Assembly: GCA_963718235.1 (NCBI GenBank)
Contig: CAVQYR010000002.1
Location: 224,001 to 288,000, forward strand
Direction: 5' to 3'
Length of the DNA: 64,000 nt
Source: an uncultured Actinomycetota bacterium
GTDB taxonomy: Bacteria > Actinomycetota > Actinomycetes > JAHEKZ01
Positions within the stretch are counted from its first letter, which is position 1, and every line of letters starts with the position of its first letter. Positions 1-8,896 of the stretch are shown one piece after another. Under the pieces are notes generated by a model, which was given only the letters and a program-made list of their open reading frames with translations, had not been told where the DNA came from and did not search any database. A program made the translations under genes and the position numbers.

Positions 1-451
1 CGGTCACGACGGCAAGGGCGCCGGTGACGACCCAGGCCGACGAGGAGGGCAGATCGGGGACGTACGTGAGGAGCACGGACGGGCGCAGGACCTCCACGAC
101 CGGCAGGGCCAGCACCTCGGAGAGGGTCAGGACGGAGACCGCAAGGGCGGCCCCGGCCCACACCAGCGAGGTCCAGGCGGCGGTCCGGGTGGCCCGGCGG
201 GCGCCTCGGGACAGCACCTCCTTGGTGGACGGCACGAGCCCGGCCGCGGCCAGCAGGAGTCCGACCGTGGCTGCGGCGGCCAGGTCGGCGAGCAGCCGGG
301 CCGCCGGCAGCGCCCACCCGGTGAGCGGGCCGGCGTCCGGGATCCCGGTGGGGACCGGCGCCGGCCGGCCCCCACCCAGGAACAGCGCGCCCACCATCAC
401 CAGCAGGGCCAGGACTGCCCCGCCGGCGGCGACGCGAGCACCCTTAGGCAC
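1..451 (-). CDS. copD: Copper resistance D (CopD-like) membrane protein, 5' part (runs off window)
   Basis: Manual translation from GTG 451 gives MPKGARVAAGGAVLALLVMVGALFLGGGRPAPVPTGIPDAGPLTGWALPAARLLADLAAAATVGLLL, a typical actinobacterial CopD N-terminus. Overlaps the copC stop. Confidence 0.7.
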   Translation of the reverse strand, partial: MPKGARVAAGGAVLALLVMVGALFLGGGRPAPVPTGIPDAGPLTGWALPAARLLADLAAAATVGLLLAAAGLVPSTKEVLSRGARRATRTAAWTSLVWAGAALAVSVLTLSEVLALPVVEVLRPSVLLTYVPDLPSSSAWVVTGALAVVT

Positions 452-1013
452 GGCGTCCTCGGCGGACGACGGCTGTGACGACCAGAGCCAGCATCGCCAC
501 GACGCCTGCGGCCAGTAGCCATCGGGCGCCCGAGTCGCCGGGGCCCGACGAGGTGTCGGCGGCCGCGGGCGAGGTGCCAGGGTCTGCGGTCACCGCCGAC
601 CCAGTGGGCGAGGGTGACGACCCTCCTGATCCCTGGTAGGTGAACGTGTACTCGCCACTCACCGGATGGCCGTCGGCGGAGACCACGCGGTAGGCGACCC
701 GGTAGGCACCGGACGTGGTCAGCGGGTCCAGCGTGACGGTCATGACCGGTCCGTCGACGGTAAGGGTGGCGCGCCGGTCGACGCGTACGTCGTCCGGCGC
801 GGTCACCACGAGTGCCCGGCCCTCGGGTCGAAGGTCCTCCTCGAAGGTCAGCGTGACCGCCTCCGGGGCCCGGTCGAGTACGGCGCCGGCCTTTGGGTCC
901 GAGCTGATCAGCCCGGCGTGAGCCGTGGCCGGCCCGGCGGACCCGGCCACGGTGAGGGTGGCCAGGGCCACGACGGTCGTCACTGCAGCAGCAGAAGATC
1001 TCAAACGGAACAT
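444..1013 (-). CDS. copC: Copper resistance protein CopC with C-terminal TM anchor
   Basis: Signal peptide ending ATA-H, then HAGLISSDP...VTLTF and YRVVSADGHPVSG motifs. GAGAGG SD just upstream of ATG 1013. Confidence 0.9.
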   Translation of the reverse strand: MFRLRSSAAAVTTVVALATLTVAGSAGPATAHAGLISSDPKAGAVLDRAPEAVTLTFEEDLRPEGRALVVTAPDDVRVDRRATLTVDGPVMTVTLDPLTTSGAYRVAYRVVSADGHPVSGEYTFTYQGSGGSSPSPTGSAVTADPGTSPAAADTSSGPGDSGARWLLAAGVVAMLALVVTAVVRRGRRA

Positions 1014-1579
1014 GCAGAAGCCTCTCGGATGGTCGGGACGTGGACGGCTCCCGCAGGAGGTCCACGTCGACGATCCGAGAAGTCTTCGGTGCGGACGACG
1101 GGCGTCGTCCGTTCGTCGTCGATCGGTAGGCGCAGGGTCGGCGTGGCGATGTGTGGAGGGACGAGCACGATCACTCGTCGTGCGGCTCGGGCCGTGGCCC
1201 TCCACAGCAAGGCGTCACCTTGGGCCAGCCACCAGGCCAGGGCCGCTGCCGCGACCACGTGCCCGACCACCATCGGCCCGTTCGAGGACGCAGCCGACGA
1301 GGTGACCTCGTCGTGGTGGTGGCCGGTCAGGGTGAGGGTGAGGTGCAGCACGGGCTGAAGCGCGAGCAGGGCCACGAGGGCACGCCCGAAGCCGACCCGG
1401 CGCCCGGCGACGACGATGCCGACGACCCACGCCACCGCGGCCATGACGGCCAGCGCCGGCGCGGGCGGGGCCGCTCCGCCTGCGCCGAGATGGCCGGCGA
1501 GGGAGATGGCCACGGCGGCTGCGCCCACCGAGGTGCCGCGCAGGACACGGCGGGCACCGCCGTCGGGGGTCACGGACAC
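1001..1579 (-). CDS. His/Met-containing multi-TM membrane protein with C-terminal RRRGPP motif (candidate arrest/leader peptide)
   Basis: About 4 hydrophobic segments with AGH, QPVLH, HHH and MVVGH motifs. RGPP at 1055-1066. Leaderless TAGCCT -10 at 1586-1591. Confidence 0.8.
   Translation of the reverse strand: MSVTPDGGARRVLRGTSVGAAAVAISLAGHLGAGGAAPPAPALAVMAAVAWVVGIVVAGRRVGFGRALVALLALQPVLHLTLTLTGHHHDEVTSSAASSNGPMVVGHVVAAAALAWWLAQGDALLWRATARAARRVIVLVPPHIATPTLRLPIDDERTTPVVRTEDFSDRRRGPPAGAVHVPTIREASACSV
1017..1087 (-). promoter_or_regulatory. mRNA hairpin sequestering the copC ribosome-binding site
   Basis: Minus-strand arms GAAGACUUCUCGGAU..GACGUGGAC pair with GUCCACGUC..AUCCGAGAGGCUUC. The 3' arm contains the GAGAGG SD. 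Confidence 0.75.
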
Positions 1580-1592
1580 CCGCTCAGGCTAG

Positions 1593-3182
1593 TCACACCC
1601 AGAACTGGATGTGCAGCAGTCGTTGCCACCACTGCTCATACGGGATGACGGCCGCGGTGAACACCGGCCACAGCGCCACGAACGCCGCCAGGGCGAGCAC
1701 CAGGTAGGCGCCGACGGCGGTCGCCCCCCACCTGCGTCTCGTCGAGGAGCTGCCCGGTGGCCCTAGTACCCAGCCCAGGGCCAAGGTCACCGCCATGACC
1801 AGGAACGGGACGAAGACGACGGCGTAGAACGAGAAGATCGTGCGGTCGGAGTAGTGGAACCACGGCAGCCAGCCGGCCACCACGGCGACGAGGACGGCTG
1901 CCGCCCGCCAGTCGAGTCGGCTGACGACCAGCCACACCATCACGAGCAGCGCAGCCGCCGCGCCCCACCAGATCACCGGGTTGCCGAGGGCGATGACCTC
2001 ACGGGCGCAGGACGCGACCTGGCACCCGGCCTCACCCTGCTTGGGGGACTCGTAGAAGAAGGACACCGGGCGGGAGAGGAACAGCCAGCCGGCTGGGTGC
2101 GACTCGTAGTCGTGCGGGCTGTCCAGGCCGACGTGGAAGTCGTAGGCCGTGGCGTGGTAGTGCCACAGCGAGCGCAACGCGTCGGGGATGAAGCCGAAGT
2201 GGGCGCTCGGGTTCTCGGCCCCCCACTGGCGCGAGTAGCCCCCGGAGGTCGACAGCCATCCCCACCACGAGGAGACGTACACCACCAGGGCGATCGGCAC
2301 CATCGATGCGAACGCCGGGAGCGCGTCCTTGGTCAGCGCCCCGAGCCACGGGCGCCGGACACCCGCGGCCCGCCGCATGGAGACGTCCCAGGCCACGGTG
2401 AGCAGGCCGAACGCCGCCAGGAACCACAGCCCGTTCCACTTCACCGCGCAGGCCGCGCCGAGCAGCGCCCCGGCCAGCAGGAGCAGCGGGCGGAACCCGA
2501 CCCGACAACCGAGGGTCTGGTCGTAGTACTGGCTCAGGCGGTCGGCCACCCGCGACCGGCTGTGCTCACGGTCGATGACGAGCACGGCGAACGCCGCCAG
2601 CACGAAGAACGACAAGGGGAGGTCGAGCAGGGCGGTCCGGCTCATCACGAGGTGCAGGCCGTCGATGGCCAGGAGGAACCCGGCGACGGTCCCGAGGAGG
2701 GCGGACCGGGTCATCCGGTAGACGACCCGAGCCACGATCAGCACGCTCAGGGTTCCCAGGAACGCCACGACGTAGCGCCAGCCGAACGGTGTCATACCGA
2801 AGGCCTGCTCGCCGAGGGCGATCAGCCACTTGCCCAACGGCGGGTGGACGACGTACGCGGGGGTGTCGCCGAACACGTCGAGGTTCCCAGCGAGGATCTT
2901 CTTGTCGGCCGAACCGATGAAGCTCTGCTCGTAGTGGTACTTCAGCAGCGAGTAGGCGTCCTTGGCGTAGTAGGTCTCGTCGAAGACGAACGACTTCGGC
3001 GTTCCCAGCCGGTAGAAGCGCAGCACCCCGGCGAGCACCGTCATCGCCAACGGGCCGACCCAGCCACGCCAGCTGCTGTCCAGGGGCGGAGGACGCAGCT
3101 GCTCGCGGATGCGGCGCTGCGTGCTGACCGACGGTTGGTGGGTCACCCGCGCCGGCGGCTCATGCACGTCAGCGGTCGCCAC
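1593..3182 (-). CDS. pmt: Protein O-mannosyltransferase (GT39)
   Basis: FDETYYAKDA, VVHPPLGKWLIA, MSRTALLD and KWNG motifs; multi-TM. Divergent from rsmI as is usual in actinobacteria. Confidence 0.92.
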   Translation of the reverse strand: MATADVHEPPARVTHQPSVSTQRRIREQLRPPPLDSSWRGWVGPLAMTVLAGVLRFYRLGTPKSFVFDETYYAKDAYSLLKYHYEQSFIGSADKKILAGNLDVFGDTPAYVVHPPLGKWLIALGEQAFGMTPFGWRYVVAFLGTLSVLIVARVVYRMTRSALLGTVAGFLLAIDGLHLVMSRTALLDLPLSFFVLAAFAVLVIDREHSRSRVADRLSQYYDQTLGCRVGFRPLLLLAGALLGAACAVKWNGLWFLAAFGLLTVAWDVSMRRAAGVRRPWLGALTKDALPAFASMVPIALVVYVSSWWGWLSTSGGYSRQWGAENPSAHFGFIPDALRSLWHYHATAYDFHVGLDSPHDYESHPAGWLFLSRPVSFFYESPKQGEAGCQVASCAREVIALGNPVIWWGAAAALLVMVWLVVSRLDWRAAAVLVAVVAGWLPWFHYSDRTIFSFYAVVFVPFLVMAVTLALGWVLGPPGSSSTRRRWGATAVGAYLVLALAAFVALWPVFTAAVIPYEQWWQRLLHIQFWV

Positions 3183-3232
3183 CTGAGCATCGTAGGTCTC
3201 CAGGGCGGGTGCCTCGGTGCGAGGATCAGACG

Positions 3233-4060
3233 GTGACCGGACGCCTGGTGCTCGCCGCCACCCCGCTGGGTGACGTCGGCGATGCGTCGATGCGTCTGGT
3301 GGAGGCGCTGGGCTCGGCCGACGTGATCGCCGCGGAGGACACCCGGCGACTGCGTCGGCTCACGACGGCGCTGGGGGTGGAGCCGACCGGACGGGTCGTC
3401 TCGTACCACGAGCACAACGAGGGGCGGCGAACCGCCGAGCTCGTCGAAGCGGTGGGCGCCGGGCAGACCGTCCTTCTGGTCACCGACGCCGGGATGCCGT
3501 CGGTGAGCGACCCCGGCTACCGCCTCGTGGTCGCCACCGTGGAAGCCGGCCTGCCCGTCACCGTCCTTCCGGGTCCGTCGGCTCTGCTCACGGCACTGGC
3601 CCTGTCCGGGCTGCCGGTCGACCGGTTCTGCTTCGAGGGCTTCCTGCCGCGGAAGGCGGGCCAGCGGCGCGAGCGGCTGCGAGGACTGGTCGACGAGCCG
3701 CGCACGATGGTGTTCTTCGAAGCCCCGCACCGGCTGCACGACGTCCTCGTCGACCTGGCCGAGTCCTTCGGCTCGGAGCGTCCGGCGGCCGTGTGCCGTG
3801 AGCTCACCAAGACCTACGAGGAGGTGGTCCGTGGGCCGCTGAGCCAGCTCGTCGTGTGGTCCGAGGGCGAGGTGCGCGGGGAGATCACCCTCGTCGTCCA
3901 GGGAGCGTCCACCCAGCCGGTCGACCTGGACGACGAGACCGTCGCCGTCCTGGTCGGTGAGCACACCTCCGCGGGGTCGAGCACGCGCGACGCGGTCGAT
4001 GCCGTGGCTCGGGCGACCGGCCTGCCCCGCCGTCGGGTCTACGATGCGGCTCACCGATGA
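3233..4060 (+). CDS. rsmI: 16S rRNA (cytidine1402-2'-O)-methyltransferase
   Basis: ATPLGDVGDAS, AAEDTR, TDAGMPSVSDPG and CRELTKTYEE motifs. Confidence 0.95.
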   Translation: MTGRLVLAATPLGDVGDASMRLVEALGSADVIAAEDTRRLRRLTTALGVEPTGRVVSYHEHNEGRRTAELVEAVGAGQTVLLVTDAGMPSVSDPGYRLVVATVEAGLPVTVLPGPSALLTALALSGLPVDRFCFEGFLPRKAGQRRERLRGLVDEPRTMVFFEAPHRLHDVLVDLAESFGSERPAAVCRELTKTYEEVVRGPLSQLVVWSEGEVRGEITLVVQGASTQPVDLDDETVAVLVGEHTSAGSSTRDAVDAVARATGLPRRRVYDAAHR

Positions 4061-4845
4061 ACCGACCCGTCGAGGAGCTGCCGGTCCGGGCCCAGTGGTT
4101 CGAGACCACCTCCGTCGACCCCTCGGTGACCTGGATCGTCGAACCGGCCGTCCACCCGTTCCTCCGGTCCAACACCTGGCACGTGCGCGGGCGCGACCGC
4201 GACCTGCTCGTCGACACCGGTCTCGGGGTCGGCGACCTTCGCGCAGCGCTCCCGGAGGTCTTCGACCGCGAGCCGGTGGTTTTCGTCACCCACGCCCACC
4301 TCGACCACATGGGCGGCGCCCACGACTTCGCCGAGCGGTGGGCCCACCGGGCCGAGGCTCCCGCGTTGGTCGAGCCGGAGCAGGACCCCCTGGTGACCGC
4401 CGACCTGCCCCCCGCGTTCGCCGCGGCGCTGGCCGCCGACGAGCCCGGTGGGGTGGCTCCACCCTTCCTGATCTCGGCGGTCCCCTACGCCGGGTACGAC
4501 CCGTTCAGCTACGCCCTCCAGCCCGCACCCGCAACCACGTTGGTCGACGACGGCGACGTCATCGACCTCGGGGACCGAGCCCTGGAGGTGCTGCACCTGC
4601 CCGGGCACACACCCGGCTCGGCCGCCCTGTTCGACCGGACGACGGGCACGTTGTTCAGCGGCGACATGGTCTACGACGGCACGTTGCTCGACGAGCTGCC
4701 GGAGTCGAACATCGACGACTACGTCGTGTCCGTACGCCGGCTGCTCGACCTCCCGGTGAACGTGGTGCATGCCGGGCACGAGCCGTCCTTCGACGGTGCG
4801 CGGCTGCGAGCGCTGTGCCTGGCCTACCTGGAGGCACGCGCCTGA
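4057..4845 (+). CDS. MBL-fold metallo-hydrolase
   Basis: THAHLDHMGG, PGHTPGS, LFSGD and HAGH motifs. Confidence 0.88.
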   Translation: MNRPVEELPVRAQWFETTSVDPSVTWIVEPAVHPFLRSNTWHVRGRDRDLLVDTGLGVGDLRAALPEVFDREPVVFVTHAHLDHMGGAHDFAERWAHRAEAPALVEPEQDPLVTADLPPAFAAALAADEPGGVAPPFLISAVPYAGYDPFSYALQPAPATTLVDDGDVIDLGDRALEVLHLPGHTPGSAALFDRTTGTLFSGDMVYDGTLLDELPESNIDDYVVSVRRLLDLPVNVVHAGHEPSFDGARLRALCLAYLEARA

Positions 4846-4878
4846 AACCGTCTTGCAGCGGCCCCTAGGATTCACCGT

Positions 4879-6471
4879 GTGAGCCTCCCCGCCGGCAAGA
4901 CGTACTACGTCACGACACCGATCTACTACGTCAACGACGCACCGCACATCGGGCACGCGTACACCACGGTTGCGGGTGACGTGCTGACCCGCTGGCACCG
5001 CCAGCGTGGGGAGAGTGTCTGGTACCTCACCGGCACCGACGAGCACGGGCAGAAGGTCATGCGAACTGCGGAGGCGAACGGCGTCTCTCCGCAGGAGTGG
5101 TGCGACACGCTGGTCGAGACGGCGTGGCGGCCGGTTCTGGGGACGCTGGACATCGCCAACGACGACTTCATCCGCACGACCGAGGACCGGCACGCCCGAC
5201 GGGTACAGGCGTTCCTGCAGGTGCTGCGCGACGCCGGGGAGATCAACGAGGGCTCCTACACCGGCCCGTACTGCGTGGGGTGTGAGGAGTTCAAGCTGCC
5301 GGGCGACCTCGTGGAGGGTGACGACGGTGTCCTGCTGTGTCCCGTCCACGACCGGCCGGTCGAGGACGTCTCCGAGACCAACTGGTTCTTCCGGCTCAGC
5401 GCCTACGGAGACCGCCTCCTGCAGCACTACCGGGACCACCCCGAGGCGGTCGAGCCGGCGAGCGCACGCAACGAGGTGGTGTCGTTCATCGAGCAGGGGC
5501 TCAACGACCTGTCGATCTCCCGGTCGTCCTTCGACTGGGGGATCCCGATCCCCTGGGACCCCTCGCAGGTCACCTACGTCTGGTTCGACGCCCTGCTCAA
5601 CTACGCCACCGCCGTCGGCTATGGCGACACCGAGGGGCCAGGGGTGGAGCAGTTCGCGCGCACGTTCCCGGCCGACGTCCACCTGGTCGGCAAGGACATC
5701 CTGCGCTTCCACGCCGTGATCTGGCCCGCGATGCTCATGGCGGCCGGGCTGCCTCTTCCCCGGCAGGTCTTCGCGCACGGCTGGCTGCTTGTCGGCGGCG
5801 AGAAGATGAGCAAGTCCAAGCTCACCGGTATCGCCCCCGCACAGATCACCGACCACTTCGGCACCGACGCGTTCCGGTACTACTTCCTGCGTGCCATCGC
5901 GTTCGGCCAGGACGGGTCGTTCTCGTGGGAGCACATGCACGCGGTGTACACCGCCGAGCTGGCCAACGGCCTGGGAAACCTCGCGTCACGGGTGGCTGCG
6001 ATGGTCGCCAAGTACTGCGACGGCGTGCTGCCCGCGCCGGTCGAGGAAGGCGAGGCCGAGGAGGCACTGGCGCTGGTCCTCGCCGACCGGGCCTCGGTCG
6101 CCGACCAGGCGATCCGGGAGCTGCGGTTCCACGACGGCCTGGTGGCGATCAAGGACTTCGTCGACGCCGTCAACGGGTACGTCACCGAGCAGGCCCCCTG
6201 GCAGGTGGCCAAGGACGAAGCCGCCCAGGGTCGGCTGCACACCATCTTGTACACCTCCGCCGATGCCCTGCGGGCGATCGCTGTGCTCCATGCCGCGGTG
6301 ATGCCGTCGACGGCGGCCCGGCTGTGGGCGCTGCTCGGGGCCGAGGAAGGGCTGGGAGCGCTTGGCGACCAGCCGGTGCAGGACGTCGCCGCATGGGGCC
6401 AGCTGGCTCCGGGTGCCCGGCTCACCAAGGGTGACGCGCTGTTCCCGAGGCTGGACGAGCCCACGTCCTAG
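4879..6471 (+). CDS. metG: Methionine--tRNA ligase (short form)
   Basis: HIGH and KMSKS motifs, TTPIYYVN, YVWFDAL, Zn knuckle CVGC..CPVH. Confidence 0.97.
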   Translation: MSLPAGKTYYVTTPIYYVNDAPHIGHAYTTVAGDVLTRWHRQRGESVWYLTGTDEHGQKVMRTAEANGVSPQEWCDTLVETAWRPVLGTLDIANDDFIRTTEDRHARRVQAFLQVLRDAGEINEGSYTGPYCVGCEEFKLPGDLVEGDDGVLLCPVHDRPVEDVSETNWFFRLSAYGDRLLQHYRDHPEAVEPASARNEVVSFIEQGLNDLSISRSSFDWGIPIPWDPSQVTYVWFDALLNYATAVGYGDTEGPGVEQFARTFPADVHLVGKDILRFHAVIWPAMLMAAGLPLPRQVFAHGWLLVGGEKMSKSKLTGIAPAQITDHFGTDAFRYYFLRAIAFGQDGSFSWEHMHAVYTAELANGLGNLASRVAAMVAKYCDGVLPAPVEEGEAEEALALVLADRASVADQAIRELRFHDGLVAIKDFVDAVNGYVTEQAPWQVAKDEAAQGRLHTILYTSADALRAIAVLHAAVMPSTAARLWALLGAEEGLGALGDQPVQDVAAWGQLAPGARLTKGDALFPRLDEPTS

Positions 6472-6499
6472 GGGCGTCCTGGGGGCATAGCCTTCGACC

Positions 6500-7882
6500 A
6501 TGGCCGACTTCACCCCCCGGACGATCATCGAGCCGTTTCGGATCCACTCCGTGGAGCCGTTGCGTCTGACGTCGGAGGCTGAGCGGCGAGCGGCCCTGGT
6601 GGAGGCGGGGTACAACCTGTTCAACCTGCGCGCCACCGACGTCCTGGTCGACCTTCTGACCGACTCCGGGACGGGCGCGATGTCCCGCGACCAGTGGGCC
6701 GCGATCCAGCGCGGAGACGAGTCGTACGCGGGATCCCCGTCGTGGTTCGTCTTCCGGGACGCGGTGCAGGAGCTGTTCCCGTTCCGGCACGTCATCCCCA
6801 CCCACCAGGGTCGGGCCGCCGAGCGGATCCTGTTCAGCGCCCTCGGGGGGCCGGGCAAGGTGGTGCCGAACAACACCCACTTCGACACCACGCGGGCCAA
6901 CGTGGAGGCCACCGGGGCCGAGGCCGTCGACCTGGTGATCCCCGAGGGCAAGGAGCCCCAGTCCGACCATCCCTTCAAGGGCAACATGGACGTCGCCGCG
7001 CTCGACGTGCTGCTGGCCGAACGCGCGGCCGACGTGCCCGTCGTGATGATGACCATCACCAACAACTCCGGCGGTGGACAGCCGGTCTCGATGGCCAATC
7101 TGCTCGCAGTCCGCGAGGTGTGCGACCGGTACGGCGTCCCGTTGTTCCTCGACGCGTGCCGGTTTGCGGAGAACGCGTGGTTCATCCGTGAGCGGGAGGC
7201 CGGGATGGGCGACCGCGACGTGCGCGACATCGTGCGCGAGATCGCAGCCATCGCCGACGGCATGACGATGAGCGCCAAGAAGGACCCGATGGGCAACATC
7301 GGTGGCTGGCTGGCGCTCGACGACGACGGCCTCGCCGAGCAGTGCCGCAACCTGCTGATCCTCACCGAGGGCTTCCCGACCTACGGCGGGCTGGCCGGCC
7401 GTGACCTCGAGGCGCTCGCGCAGGGTCTGCGCGAGGTCATCGACCACGACTACCTGCGGTACCGGATCCGCTCCACGGCCTACCTTGGTGACGCGCTGCA
7501 GCAGGTGGGGATCCCGGTGGTCACGCCGATCGGCGGTCATGCGGTGTATCTCGACGCCCGTGCTCTGCTCACCCATCTCGACCCGCTCCGGTACCCGGGA
7601 CAGTCGCTCGCCGTGGCCTTGTACGAGGTCGGCGGGGTCCGGGGCTGCGAGATCGGCACGGTGATGTTCGGACGCGGTCCGGACGGTACCGAGCAGCCGG
7701 CGGCGATGGATCTCGTGCGGCTGGCGATCCCGAGGCGTACCTACACCCAAAGCCACATGGACTACGTGATCGAGGTGTGCGAGGAGGTCGCCCAAAGGGC
7801 GCCGGAGCTGCCCGGCTACCGGATCACCGAGCAGCCGGCGGCGCTTCGGCACTTCACCGCCACGTTCGAGCCGGTCACCTGA
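6500..7882 (+). CDS. tnaA: Tryptophanase (PLP beta-eliminating lyase)
   Basis: DLLTDSGTGAMS, HQGRAAE, MSAKKD (PLP Lys) and EGFPTYGGL. HFDTTR and LRHFT favour tryptophanase over tyrosine phenol-lyase. Confidence 0.9.
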   Translation: MADFTPRTIIEPFRIHSVEPLRLTSEAERRAALVEAGYNLFNLRATDVLVDLLTDSGTGAMSRDQWAAIQRGDESYAGSPSWFVFRDAVQELFPFRHVIPTHQGRAAERILFSALGGPGKVVPNNTHFDTTRANVEATGAEAVDLVIPEGKEPQSDHPFKGNMDVAALDVLLAERAADVPVVMMTITNNSGGGQPVSMANLLAVREVCDRYGVPLFLDACRFAENAWFIREREAGMGDRDVRDIVREIAAIADGMTMSAKKDPMGNIGGWLALDDDGLAEQCRNLLILTEGFPTYGGLAGRDLEALAQGLREVIDHDYLRYRIRSTAYLGDALQQVGIPVVTPIGGHAVYLDARALLTHLDPLRYPGQSLAVALYEVGGVRGCEIGTVMFGRGPDGTEQPAAMDLVRLAIPRRTYTQSHMDYVIEVCEEVAQRAPELPGYRITEQPAALRHFTATFEPVT

Positions 7883-7887
7883 TCGCG

Positions 7888-8724
7888 ATGCCGGCCGATC
7901 GGTCGTTCCCGCCCGCCCCGCAGCCGCTCCCGTCGCCGGTCGCGGACAGCCACTGCCACCTCGACCTGGCGCTCGACGGCGACCCCCCCACGGTGGCGGC
8001 TGCCGTGGCTCGGGCCGCCGAGGTGGGAGTCACCAGGATCGTGCAGATCGGCTGCGACCTTCCGGGCGCACGCTGGGCCGTTCGGGTGGCCGACGAGCAC
8101 CCGTCCGTGGTCGCCGGGGTCGCGCTGCACCCGAACGAGGCCCCGCGGCTGGCCGCGGCCGGCACGCTGGACCACGCCCTCGACGAGATCGCGGCCCTCG
8201 CCGAGCACCCGCGGGTGCGAGCCGTGGGCGAGACGGGGCTGGACCACTACCGCACCGGCGAGGCGGGACGCCCCGCGCAGGAGCACGCGTTTCGGCGCCA
8301 TATCGCGCTGAGCAAGCGGCTGGGCAAGGCCCTGGTGATCCACGACCGCGACGCCCACGCCGACGTCCTGCGCGTCGTCGACGACGAAGGTGCCCCGGAG
8401 CGAGTGGTGATGCACTGCTTCAGCGGTGATGCCGCGTTCGCTCGCGCGTGCCTGGACCGGGGGTTCATCCTGTCCTTCGCAGGCACGGTCACGTTCAAGA
8501 ACGCCGATGGTCTTCGCGAGGCGCTGGCCGCGTGCCCCCTCGACCAGGTCCTGGTCGAGACCGACGCCCCCTACCTCGCGCCAGTGCCGTTTCGGGGCCG
8601 CCCGAACGCCTCGTACCTGGTCCCCACGACGGTGCGGCTCATGGCCGAGGTGCTCGGGACCGACCTGGCCGTCCTGGCCGCAGCCGTCGACGCCAACACC
8701 ACCCGGGTCTTCGGCTCCTGGTGA
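7888..8724 (+). CDS. tatD: TatD family deoxyribonuclease
   Basis: DSHCHLD, VGETGLD, IHDRDAH, HCFSG and ETDAPYL motifs. Confidence 0.93.
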   Translation: MPADRSFPPAPQPLPSPVADSHCHLDLALDGDPPTVAAAVARAAEVGVTRIVQIGCDLPGARWAVRVADEHPSVVAGVALHPNEAPRLAAAGTLDHALDEIAALAEHPRVRAVGETGLDHYRTGEAGRPAQEHAFRRHIALSKRLGKALVIHDRDAHADVLRVVDDEGAPERVVMHCFSGDAAFARACLDRGFILSFAGTVTFKNADGLREALAACPLDQVLVETDAPYLAPVPFRGRPNASYLVPTTVRLMAEVLGTDLAVLAAAVDANTTRVFGSW

Positions 8725-8896
8725 ACAGAACCCGTACGGGGGGTGGCGCGGGGCCCTCGGGAGCGGCTACGGTCTCAGGTTCGTCAGCCGGGGTGGGGAA
8801 GCCGCGGCGAACCCCGGGCACCGTACGTTGACGATCCATGCCTCGGGGTCGCCGGTCTGAAGGTCCCCTGCCCGGACCTACGGGGGCCGGAGTCAC

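Noticed and set aside
4051-7365. Long antisense ORFs opposite metG and tnaA, and similar ones throughout (e.g. 34250-36379, 45584-47359 5' part)
   Set aside because: Shadow ORFs expected from high GC3 codon bias; no recognisable motifs.
8725-8896. Possible c-di-AMP (ydaO) riboswitch before rpfB
   Set aside because: The hallmark GCCGAAUCC / GGGGUGAAU / CCCGUCAGCUAAC blocks were not found; kept only as an unclassified structured leader.
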